Shown: positions 10,191-20,604 of the stretch, in pieces
Layout of the letters: each line of letters opens with the position of its first letter
Position numbering within the stretch: the stretch's first letter is position 1
Assembly: GCF_004010195.1 (NCBI RefSeq)
Contig: NC_057718.1
Coordinates: 54,944,497 to 54,966,068 of the forward strand
DNA: 21,572 nt
Reading direction: 5' to 3'
Source: Chiloscyllium plagiosum
Taxonomy: Eukaryota
The notes under the pieces: model-generated
What the model saw: only the letters and a program-made list of their open reading frames with translations
What the model was told of the DNA's origin: nothing
Databases searched by the model: none
Made by a program: the position numbers and the translations under genes

Positions 10191-10904
10191 TCCCTAAAAA
10201 CTACAAGTACTCACAACCATGAAACAACCCAAGAGTTACAGCACAGGCTGGTCAAAGTCATCCCCTTTAAGATGGTGCTTGTGCACAGCTGTGCAAAACA
10301 AAATAAAGGTTTGCAAAACTTGTGAATAGATAGTACAACCAAAGATATCAGAGAGGTCATTGCTCTTGCTTCATCAATTGTAATCTCAGCAGCTCTAATG
10401 ATGTTTTAACTTCTAGTTTATCTGTGGTTGTTGTTACTTTGTCACCCTCAAGCTACTGTCTGGTAATAACAATGTCCAGATTCACCCTGATGTCACTCAG
10501 CTTGACCTCTTTCAGCTTCTTCATGTCGTGATGCTGTCAATCTGCCACTTCAAAATGTATCATTATTTTCTCCAGTGAAACAGCAGGAAAATTCAGCCAT
10601 TTTTATTCTTGCTAATTTTACATCAGATGACTAAAACCTTGGTCAAAGAAGTAGCCTCCAAGGAATAATTAAATGATGAAATAGTTATGTGGAATGATAT
10701 TTGTGACCTCGATAAAAGTTGGGATGTTAGGTTGCAAAAACAGTGAGACAATTAAGGTTTGGTTTTTTGAGAAGACAGACTATAATAGCAGATTTAAAGG
10801 AGTGAGGGATAACACATGAATAGAGAGAACCATTTACAACATGAACTAAGATTGAGGCCAGGAGGAAATAATGGGGGATCAATTTAGCAGAACTATAAGG
10901 CTGT

Positions 10905-11575
10905 AAGGACTAAGAACAGGAGTAGATAGTTCAGTCCCTTGAGCCTGCTTTACTGTGAGCCTGCTCTACTATTTAATGTAATCAGGGTTGATCTCATCAC
11001 AGTCTCAGCTCCACTTTCCTGCCTCCTCTCCATAATTCTTCAACCCTTTATAATTAAACATTTGTCCATCTCTTCCTAAAATTTACTCAATATCCTGGCA
11101 TCCACTGTATTCTGGCATAATGAAATTCCACAGATTCATGAACCTTTGTGAGAAGTAATTCGTTTTCATCTCTGCTTTAAATCAGCCACCACTTGTCCTA
11201 AAACTATGACCTCTTCTTCCAGATTAGCCCATACGAGGAAGCATCCTCTTTATGTCTACTTTGTCAATCCCCTTTAGAAACTTATATACCTCAGTTGGAT
11301 CTCCTCTCAATCTTCTAAACTCCAAATATTATTGGCCTAAATTGCTCAATCTCTCTTCATAAAAGAAAAATCCTCATATGTGAAATCAACCAAGAGAAAC
11401 TTCCTCTGAACTGAATCCAATGCAACTACATCTCTCCACAGGTAAGAGTAATAAAATTGTATGCAAAACTTCAGAAGTGGTCTCATTAATGCACTGTACA
11501 GTTGTACCAACACTTCTCTACTTTTATACTCTATTACTCTTGCAAAAAAATTGCCAAAATTCTATTCGCCTTCCT
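10905..11575 (-). mobile_element. CR1 LINE 3' region
   Basis: Starts agaacaggagtag...ttcagtcccttgagcctg, which is antisense to the CR1 tail at 5245-5340, and continues into ORF2 C-terminal sequence. Confidence 0.8.
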
Positions 11576-11869
11576 TTCCTTCTACTTGCCTGAAGGAAAC
11601 ATGAGCTCAAAGGCCATGAGGGCACTTAAGAGAGAAACTAAAGAAACGTGGGTAAAGTCAAGGGGAACACTGTAGGATGTTTGGGCAAGTGGAGGGGAGG
11701 AAAACAGCAGGAGCAACTTAAAGAATGGTCTCAATCTGAGTGACGAAGAAATCCATGAGCCCCTTATACTTCCTTGTAGAGGTGAGGGGGGTTGGGAGGC
11801 AGAATCTTTACAACACCCATTGTCCATGTAGGTGAAATATTAATTCCATATTTCTTCTGAGAGACAAAA

Positions 11870-12350
11870 GGCTGAATCTTTCTTGAAAAAAGAACGTCCT
11901 GGTGTTAGGACCCAAACTACATTGTGTGGCCTCTCAGGCAGGACATGAAGTGGATTTTGGTGCCTGCACCTGGCAGATGTGAAGGCCAATCAGAAGGGGT
12001 GATGGCTAAGCAGGTATCCTGGCAGGTGAAATAGAGGTGCCATATTTAAAGAACAGCAGCACTTTAAAGTCATCACAAATAGCAATAGCCAAAAGGTAAC
12101 ATATACAAGAGCTGATTTCAAGGAATGGCTGCAGTTAGAGGAAGAATGTCAGCCAGATTTATGATGCCTCTAAACAGAAATGGCACAATGTAAAATGCTT
12201 TTCTCTGGCAGGGAAAAGAAGAGGCCTTTAAACCTCACCAAGAAGGCATGGCAGGAGGTCATAGATGAGGTCAGCAGCCATGGGATGGTCACATGGCATG
12301 TTGCAGTCACAAGTAATTCAATGGCTTGTGATCCCACAACATGAGTAAAT
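11870..12350 (+). mobile_element. Harbinger element 5' end with decayed Myb/SANT-like ORF (12125-~12330)
   Basis: MAAVRGRMSARF/DAS (12125), MLFSGREKKRPLNLTKKAWQEVIDEVSSHG (12195), K*FNGL (12311; cf. KRFNDL). Upstream are a TIR-like ggctgaatct (11870), CCAAT (11986) and tatttaaa (12043). Confidence 0.7.
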
Positions 12351-12629
12351 TCCATGATTCTGAATTTCACGAAAAGCAGCAAGGAAATGTGACAAGTGAT
12401 TGATAACTAAGACATCTGGTATTACATGGCGCTAGTCTTCACACTGAGAGGTACAGTCAACAGTGTCCCCTGTCACTGCCTAGAAAATCTTCAGAAAATA
12501 ACTCCTACTAATGGAATTGTTTGAACTATTATGATGGCCTCTCAAAATTAGAATGAGAAATTAGTATTGGATTATTTTTTCACTGCAACATAGATTAAAA
12601 TTGTTCCAAATGATTAAATGATTTGATTT

Positions 12630-12955
12630 GGGCAACACAGTGGCTCAGTGATTAACATTGTTGCCTCATAGATTTGGGGACCTGGGTTCAATTCCAGCCT
12701 GAGATGGCTGTCTGTGTGAAGTTACATGTTCTCCCTGTGTCTGCATGGATTTCTGCTGGATGCTCTGGTTTCCTCCTGCAGTCCAAAGATGTGGTTGTGG
12801 AAAATTGACTTTAATGTCCAGGAATGTGCATGATAGGTGAATTAGCCATGGTAAATGCAGGACATTGGGATTGGGTCTTGGTGGGATGCACTTTGGAGGG
12901 TTAGTGTAATCTTGATGGGCTGAATGACCTCTTTCCACATTGAGGGATTCTATAA
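12630..12955 (+). mobile_element. HE1-like tRNA-derived V-SINE, near full length
   Basis: A box tggctcagtga (12641), B box ggttcaattcc (12685), V-domain-like ttctccctgtgtctgcatggattt, and CR1-like tail gatgggctgaatgacctc. Confidence 0.9.
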
Positions 12956-13375
12956 TTATAAGTTCTTGTTTGAATTAAAAAAAAATCTAATTTGTAAATG
13001 TAGAGGCTAGAAACATTGTGCTAACACATTGCACCAATTAGGCCTCCATTTCTTTTCATTGTCCAATGTTGCTTTGGTAGCTATTCCTTTAAACCCATCA
13101 TAAACATATCGAGTTTAACTTCCAAGTATCACTCCATAATGAATAATGTTCCTGATGCAGTATTACCAAATTAATTGGTTATAGCCTGAGATATTGTTAA
13201 CTTACACAGAGTTGGGTAATTGCTTCAGTTTCAATTTGACGAAGATTTCATTTTGGAATTGGTAATTCAAATCCATAAAGTCCCAACAATAAAAAATATA
13301 TACTGGTCTATTTAAATTAAGGTTATGTTGGAAAGTTCCATGAGAACTCAGATATATTTTAACAGCTAACCACAT

Positions 13376-13653
13376 CATAAAGTTCCTACAGTTTGGAAAG
13401 AGGCCATTTGGCCCATCAAATCTGCACCAACCCTCCAAACATCATCCCATCCAAACCCAAGCTCTAACCTATAGCCGCACATTTATCATGGCCAATCCAG
13501 CTAACCTGCACTTTGGAAGGAATCTGGAGTGCCCAGTGGAAACCCACACAGACACACAGCAAACATGCAAACTCCACACAGACAGTCACTCAAGGCTAGA
13601 ATTGAACCTGAGTCCTTAGCACTATGAAGCACCACTGAGCTACCATGCCACCC
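13376..13653 (-). mobile_element. HE1-like V-SINE
   Basis: Minus-strand A box tagctcagtgg (13632-13642) and B box ggttcaattc (13599-13608); same body and tail as 12630-12955. Confidence 0.9.
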
Positions 13654-13867
13654 AATATATAATCATATTGTTTGCTATGTGCCTCTTAATTTTCTCATTC
13701 ACTTGAAATTTTAAACATAAAATGAGATCTGACATAATGCTTCATCACCATCACAGACCAGACTGAGATCATTTGATGATATAAATCTAATTCAGTCACT
13801 GCTAGGTGTGTGAGATTGTGCTGATGGTCATAAATGATCTCTTGGAAAGTGAAATATTTTCCTGTTG

Positions 13868-13971
13868 GCAAAAACAGAAATTGCTGGAAAAGCTCAGCAG
13901 GTCTGGCAGCATCTGTGGAGCAATTTCTGTTTTTGTTTCTAATTTACAGCATCCATAATTCTTTTGGTTTT
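13868..13971. mobile_element. 104-bp Penelope-like fold-back end, family C, no hammerhead
   Basis: 17-bp perfect inverted repeat caaaaacagaaattgct at 13869-13885 and 13919-13935, then a tail. Perfect 13-bp TSD tattttcctgttg at 13855-13867 and 13972-13984. Confidence 0.85.
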
Positions 13972-15004
13972 TATTTTCCTGTTGATTTAGGCACTGTGAC
14001 TGATCAAAAGATTATGGATGGTCTTATGGGTGCAATCTATGGCTTACTGAATCTTGGGGAATACTGCCACTTGGTAAAATTACATTGTTTTGTCAACCTG
14101 CTGCCAGTAGTCCATGGGAAAGTATGTGAACTGGCATACAACAGCATTTGTGACTCCTTTGATGTGTCTGTTTGTCCAGTGAGTTTCCAGTGAATATCCA
14201 CCAGTATTCCATATCTAACATAAAATTTATGGGTGACAAGACATTTGCAGATACTTGTGGAGCAGTGCATATAATCAGGATAGGATGGATATTGGATTTA
14301 GCAAGTGTTATGAATGTGTAATTTCGTGACTCATATGTTTGGGGAAAATAATGTTTGGAAATTAGATTTTAAAGATATGATAAATGGGAAAATCTGGATT
14401 TGGGAAACTAGTGAGTACTTCTAAGATAGCTACAACTCAGTGGTGGTCCATTATTTACTTAAAGGGATTAGAGTTAGAGGTGTATTAAAAATTAATCCTC
14501 TCTTGACTTTGTAATGGAGCCAGTGAGACAGATAAAATTGCCCCCATTAAGGTTTACATTTGCATTAGCCATATCATTTCCACAGATCATAGAAATTTTT
14601 GAAAGCAATTGATAAAATAAGGAATCTTTTAAAGAATTCATCTATTTTTCAGATCAAAGGGAAGGTTGGGAGGGTTGGAGATAATTGGTTTAAATTTTCT
14701 ATCTAGAATATCTGAGCTGTACCATCTTGCTATGAAATAAACTATATAGGGAGATATCCTTTTGTTTTGGGGTTTCCCATGTAAGGTGATTAAGGAACAA
14801 TGGAGTTCCTCTTGGGTGAAATAAAAGTAGAACATGAATTGTCTTGCTGAGACATTTGGACTTAGATTAGGTGTTTATCTAATATAGTGTTAAATTAGTG
14901 GTTCTTACTGTGCTTGACTCTTGTACGATAAAGGCTTTTATTTAAAGAATGAAATCAGGCAGCATAGTTCTTTCAGTTATTAACTGGCAGTCTGAATGCC
15001 TTTA

Positions 15005-15210
15005 TCCTGACTTGGAAATATATCACCATTCCTTCACTGGGTCAAAATACTGGAATTCCTTCCCTAAGGGCATTGTGGCTCAAGCTACAGCATGTGGACA
15101 GCAGTGGTTCAAGAAGGCTGCTTACCACCACATTCTCAAGGGCAACTAGGGACAAGTAATAAATGCTGGCCAGCCATCTATGTCCATGTTCCATGATTAA
15201 ATAAAAAAAA
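15005..15210 (+). mobile_element. L2/CR1-group LINE 3' end
   Basis: Aligns with 6330-6530 and ends in aaataaaaaaaa. Confidence 0.8.
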
Positions 15211-15394
15211 TTCTGCAATGAACTGTGAACTGCAAAGTCTCTAATCCTTGTCAAGTAGAATTCAATCTGTATATGGTGATGCCTCCTTTAGTATCAGAAC
15301 AATTTAGCAATCTTTTTCTTTTTCTTGTCACATTAAATAATATTCATAAACTATTTACGAAAAGGAAAACAAAAGAGGCCCCGAAAGTGTATCC

Positions 15395-15615
15395 CACAAT
15401 TCAATAAGGTCATGACTGATTTTATTGTTACTTTAAATCCACTTTCCTGCCTCTCCCTATCCCTTCCACTCCATAACCCATGGCTCCCTTGTCAATGAAA
15501 AATCTATTGCACTCTGATTGGATATTTTTATTAGATCAGCTTCCACTGTGAACAGAATTCCAAAGGCCAGCGCCCTCTGAGAGAGGAAATTCCTACTTAT
15601 CTCCATCTTAAGTGT
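15395..15615 (-). mobile_element. CR1 3' fragment
   Basis: Aligns with 10970-11180 (tccactttcctgcct, aattcca, tgagaggaaatt). Confidence 0.7.
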
Positions 15616-16875
15616 ATGGGAGAGGCTGCGACTAAAACAGGAGAACCTCAGAAAAATGGACACAATTAATGGTGCAGGAATTCTCAGCAGCAAGAATGAA
15701 ACAAGAGCATTTTTAAAACCTTGCAATGAATTATTTTATGACAACTAAACAATTAAACTAATATACTTTTTACCTTTTCATTCCTGTACAGTGAACATTG
15801 ACACTAGTTATATATCAACATCAGTGAAACTGGAGCAATAATGATAGAAAATGAGGCATTTAAGTCTTTATGTCATTTGCACCTTATTTAACAGCTGTTC
15901 ATTTTAAGATTTCAGACAGAAGTGAGTTTGGAAAATTTGACAGGCAAGATGTTGGCACTAATGCAGTATTATAGTTGCCTAATGCATTTCTCAGCTTGCT
16001 ACAATACCACTGAAACTGTTGCCCAGCACAGACCAGGTTGTTTATTTTAAAATCCAAAATGCTGCTAATGGTAATGATTTTTTTATTTGTCAACTATCAT
16101 AGATATGTAGCTGAGGTGGCATAAAAAGGAATTAATCAGGCTTTGCTTCTGATGAACAAATATTATCTGAAGTGCATTAAATTCTTACAGAAAGTACCTT
16201 TTTTAACTGGTCTCTGGCAATAACATAACAACCTTTCTCTTCAATGAAGAAACTTAAGGACAATACTTTATGATATCCCACTTATATTGCCCACCATTAT
16301 TTTCCCATTTAAATCAATGGATGGAAATCTAAAAGGAGTCTGCCTGAGATTTTGCAATTAGCTTCCTTTTGCATGCCAGACATGTATGTGAAATTAAGTC
16401 ATAGAACATTTTACCTATTAATGTGGATGAAATGTCCCAACTGACTGTACTCATTTCGGAATCAATGAGAACTTCTGCTTCTATGCTGTAAAAAAAACTT
16501 TTGAAAAATTACACATTGTTGAATGATGGGTAATTGGGTTTTTAACAGTATATCAAATTCATAGCTACTGCTAATCCGCCTCACTGGCTCAGAAAGTAAT
16601 TTCATATTTGCTTAATGTCAGATCTCTCCATTATGATAGATTCCACAAATGTAAATAAGTGTTTGTTTTTGATGTTTTAGCTTCTCCTTTAATTCCATGT
16701 ATATATCCCAATCATTTATTTCACCATCTGTAAAATATAAAATTAATAGTGAAGGGATTCAAAGGAGTTTCCTTCCTGGTTTATTGTCTGTATTGTGGTT
16801 GAATGCTTTCCCGACTCGCTGACGTCACTGCTGGAATGCTAGCGAGTCAGAATCCAGCCACAAATAGAGGTCTGA

Positions 16876-16997
16876 CCCGATGAAGGGTCACTGGTTTTGG
16901 AACATTAATTCTGCTTTATCTCCATTGATGCTGTCAGACCTGCTGAGTTTCTCCAGCAATTTCTGTTTTTGTTTCAAATTTTCTACATCCACTATTT
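16876..16997 (+). mobile_element. Penelope-like 3' end, family C, decayed hammerhead
   Basis: ccgatgaagggtcactggttttggaacatt, then gatgctgtcagacctgctgagtttctccagcaatttctgtttttg as in 13868-13971. Confidence 0.7.
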
Positions 16998-17125
16998 CTT
17001 GCTGTGTGTAAATTAACTGCTGCATTTCTACCTTGCAACAATAATGACATTTTAAAAGCACTTCATTGGCTGTTAATCACTTGAGGATGATGGCAGGTAT
17101 CATATAAATGTAATTCTTTCTTTCA
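16998..17125 (+). mobile_element. Deu-domain-type SINE 3' end
   Basis: cttgctgtgtgtaaattaactgc...cacttcattggctgt...tataaatgtaattctttctttc. Confidence 0.6.
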
Positions 17126-17550
17126 GATCCTCTAACGGAGTTACACCTTGGTCAAGAAACCATTAGTGGTCCCAAATGGAGACCTGTTGTTCAAATGAGT
17201 GCCTCTTGCCAAAAGCTAGTGATTTCTGATGGCTTTAGACAGCAGTGCATTTTAGTTTGGTAACTGAACAGCCTGATTTTTATCTGTGTCAAAATGTGTG
17301 GCGCTGGAAAAGCACAGCTGGTCAAGCAGCACCTGAGGAGCAACAGAGTCGATGTTTCGAACATAAGCTCTTCATCAGGAATGTGGGGTGTGGGGGATTG
17401 GGGCAAGGGAGCTGATAGATAAATGGGAGGGGAGTGGGGCAGGGGAAGACAGCTAGGAATGCGATAGGTGGATGAAGGTGGGGGGGGTGATGGTGATAGG
17501 TCAGAATGGAGGGTGGAGCGGATAGGTAGGAAAGAAGATGGACAGGTAGT

Positions 17551-18012
17551 TCAAGAGGGCGGTGCTGAGTTGGAGGGTTGGATCTGGGATAAAGTGGGAG
17601 AGGGAGATAAGGAAACTGGTGAAATCGACATTGATTCCTTGTGGTTGGAGGGTCCCAACGTGGAAGATGAGGTGTTCTTCCTCCAGGCGTTGGGTGACTA
17701 AAATTTGACGGTGGAAGCGGCCCAGGACTTGCATGTCCTTGGCGGAGTAGGAGAGGATGTTGAAGTGATCAGCCACAGGGCATTTGGGTGTTTTAGTGCA
17801 TGTGTCCCCAAGGTGTTCTATGAAAAATTTGCACTTTGGCGTCCTGTCTCCCCAATGTAGAGGAGGCATATCAAGAGGAATGGACACAATAATGAGGTGT
17901 TTGGACGTGCAGGAAAATTTCTGCCAGAAGGATCCTTTGGGGCCTTGGATGGAGATGAGAAGGGAGATGTGAGTGCAGGTTTTACACCACTTGCGGTGGC
18001 AAGGGAAGGTGC
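17551..18012 (-). pseudogene. PLE Cys/His linker plus GIY-YIG endonuclease, frameshifted
   Basis: TFPCHRKWCKTCTHI, LLYIGETGRQ, PVADHFN, RLEEEHLIFHVGTLQPQGINVDF. Confidence 0.88.
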
Positions 18013-18015
18013 TCT

Positions 18016-18330
18016 CGATGTGGTCTCCTCTACATTGAGGAGACTGGATGCCAACTTGTGGAACGTTTCGGAGAACATCTCTGGGACAAATGCACTAAAC
18101 ATCCCCACCACCCTGTGGCCAATCGCTTCAACTCCCCCTCCCACTCCACCAAGTCCTGGGCCTCCTCCACTGCCAAATCCTAGTCACCCGATGCCTGGAG
18201 GAAGAACTCCTCATCTTCCACCTTGGGACCCTCCAACCACACAGACTCAATGTTGATTTCACCAGTTTCCTTATCTCCCCTCCTCCCACTTTATCCCAGA
18301 TCCAACCCTTCAACTCGGCACCGCCATCTT
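18016..18330 (+). pseudogene. PLE GIY-YIG endonuclease C-terminal half, frameshifted
   Basis: RCGLLYIEETGCQLVERFGEHL...PVANRFNSPSHSTK, then VLGLLHCQ...LEEELLIFHLGTLQPHRLNVDFTSF. Confidence 0.88.
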
Positions 18331-18999
18331 GGACCGTCCTATCTGTCCATCTCCCTTCTCACCTATCCACTCCATCCTCCACTCTGACCTATCACTATTA
18401 CTGCCAAACTTCATCTACCTATCGCATTCCTAGCTACCTCGCCCCCAACCCCAACTCCGTCCCATTTATCTCAGCTCCCTTGGCCCCGTCCCACATTCCT
18501 GATGAAGAGCTAATGCTTGAAACGTCATCTCTCCTGCTCCTCAGATGCTGTCTGACAGGCTACGCTTTTCTAGCACCACAGTTTTTGGCTCTGGTCGCCA
18601 AATTTGCAGTCCTCATTTTCTCCTACCTGATTCTTATCTGTGTCCAAGAATGATGCATCTGACTACATCTGGCATCTCCTCTACTGGAACAATGATCACA
18701 CACTTGGGTCACTTTTAATGAGAGGAGTGCAATGAGCTAGGATCTGAAACATAAAGGATAAAACTTCAGTTGGAATACACGTGGGGTGAGTTTGAAATGG
18801 AAGCAGTCACTGAGGAATGAGATGTGGCTGTGGAAGTGAGCTTTAGCAAGTATCTTGTCAAACACTAGGAGCAACTACAAAAGTAATGATGATGAACAGG
18901 AAAAAAGATTAGAATGGAAATCCTATCGGAGAGAGGTATAAAACCTCTTCAAAGTGGGTATACCTGAAAGCGATGATACTGTGCGTTAAAACTTTTAAA

Positions 19000-19343
19000 A
19001 AAAGAACTGTGGATGCTGGGAATATAGAACAAAAACAGAAATTAGTGGAGACACTTAATAGACTTGGCAGTATCTGTGGGAAAAAGCAAAGTTAACATTT
19101 TAGGTCCAGTGACCTTTATTCACATCCATTGGGAGCTAGGAAAAGGCGGTATATATGCAGAAGACAGGAGGGTGAGGTGGGGTAAAGGAGTACATGATAA
19201 GTACAGATGGAGCCCAGAGAGAGAGAGAGAAAACAGCAGTTATACAGACAAAGGGATGGACAATAGTGAGCCATAGAGAAAGAAAAGCTAATAATAAAGA
19301 CCATAAGTGATAATGGGTTGCCAACAATGAAAACAGCCCATGT
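19000..19343 (-). mobile_element. Penelope-like 3' end and UTR, family C, older copy
   Basis: gaactgtggatgctgg...aaaaacagaaatt matches family C. Stem II remnant aggtc-actg-gacct at ~19103-19116. Confidence 0.7.
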
Positions 19344-19359
19344 CTGCTTTTGATTTTGA

Positions 19360-20046
19360 TACCATATTTTCTATATATATGTGTCCAATGTCCTTTGGTG
19401 CCACATGATTTGCAGATGTGAAGAACCACAGGACAATATCTGAGGAGGTATGAAAATCCTCATCTAGGATACATCTTGCTCGTTTGATATGCTTTGCTGA
19501 CTGCAGCAATTATGTTGCCTGCAGCCAAAGTTATAACTGATGTTGAACAACTGCAATTATTTCATACTGGTCTCCATCATCCAGCAAGATGTCAATGATA
19601 TGTCCTTTTTTCTTGTCCAGAAGATCTTTATAGAAGGAGGTATCAGAGTAGAGGTGATTTCTAACATGATTGGCCTCTGTGTGAGTTCTTCTTCAGAGAA
19701 ACACATTCATTCTCTTTGCTGTGGAATTGGGTGGCAAAGTCATTAATAGACTCTTGGGGTTTCTCTCTGTATAAGATGTGTTGGAATTTGTTGACTTGGA
19801 AGTTAATTTGTTCCTTGAACTTGATCCTTCAATATTCTTAGATCTTCTCTGGCTGTATTTTAGATCTTCAGGAAGACTAGATATACTTATTCTGCAAAGC
19901 CTTTCCTACATGATAGTAAGTAATATTTTAATGGATTTCTTCTTGGGATCACTTATGGTTTGCTCTATAAAGTAAAGCTAAAATAGCCTTAATTCGATGA
20001 AGGTGTCATTTGCAGCCCAATCCATAACCAAATGTTTGCCTTCCAT
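19360..20046 (-). pseudogene. Decayed Gypsy LTR-retrotransposon gag with two zinc knuckles
   Basis: MEGKHLVMDWAANDTFIELRLF from 20046, then YREKPQESINDFATQ (major-homology-like), SEEELTQR, KDLLDK, and YPR*GFSYLLRYCP followed by CKSCGTKGHWTHIY (CX2CX4HX4C with the last C changed to Y) at 19373-19414. Confidence 0.72.
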
Positions 20047-20604
20047 TTCTTACTGATGATCTATACCTTTTTGTTTTATTGATCAGTTTGTTTATTCCTT
20101 TCTTTTACTTGGTTCAGTCCTTTAATATTGCCGCCTTTTGCTTTACTTTAGTTCTCCTTGTTGTCACCTCTTTAGGAATGTTTGCCAAACATGTTTCTGT
20201 GCCTTTAAGAGATAAAGAGATAAAGGAATACCAAATAATGGCTGATGACATCGCAGCAGCTTTGGCGCTGCATTGAAGGAAACAAAATAGCAAAACTAAC
20301 TGGCCACTGCACATCGACTTTCTAGATTAGAAAATCACTCCTTAGTGCTTAAAATATCATGTATTTCAAACAAAAGGGCTGTATAGTAAAACTGACGTTA
20401 TGCTTTAACACTGTTCACTTTGAATCTGTAGAAAGCCTTTTGGCTGTTAATTTTACTTTTGTCTAATTTTCATTCATGATTCTTTTATAAGCAACTAATG
20501 ATACTTATCTTTGCTTGACAACCATGACATGATGATAAGGTGTGATAGGCAATGACCTGGAACTATCACTATGATATTTATGTTAGCTCCTATAATATAA
20601 ACAC

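Larger units (their letters stand above)
17291..18625. mobile_element. Penelope-like element: two 5'-truncated copies joined head-to-head, each with GIY-YIG C-terminus, 3' UTR and hammerhead
   Basis: 19-bp TSD cctgatt(t/c)ttatctgtgtc at 17272-17290 and 18626-18644. Left arm (-) spans 17291-18012 and right arm (+) spans 18010-18625. Hammerhead boxes start at 17378 (-) and 18499 (+). Confidence 0.92.

Noticed and set aside
10620..10900. Purine-rich stretch that may be old antisense L2; similar stretches at 11585-11830 and 18700-18900
   Set aside because: No motif was clear enough to call.
12630..12700. tRNA gene
   Set aside because: The A and B boxes belong to a SINE head; there is no intact cloverleaf.
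13834..14193. 119-aa ORF
   Set aside because: It runs through a PLE insertion and shows no recognisable domain.
14306..15000. Possible solo LTR starting TGTTATGA
   Set aside because: I found no matching CA end, TSD or second copy in the window.
17127..17259. Open frame DPLTELHLGQE... between ctttcag and gtaact
   Set aside because: The acceptor comes from a SINE tail, the length is not a multiple of 3 and the peptide is not recognisable.
17897..18256. 119-aa Pro-rich ORF
   Set aside because: An off-frame reading across the junction of the inverted PLE arms.
20505..20535. Possible primer-binding site for the Gypsy relic (minus strand catggttgtcaagc)
   Set aside because: Poor match to a tRNA 3' end and no identifiable LTR.
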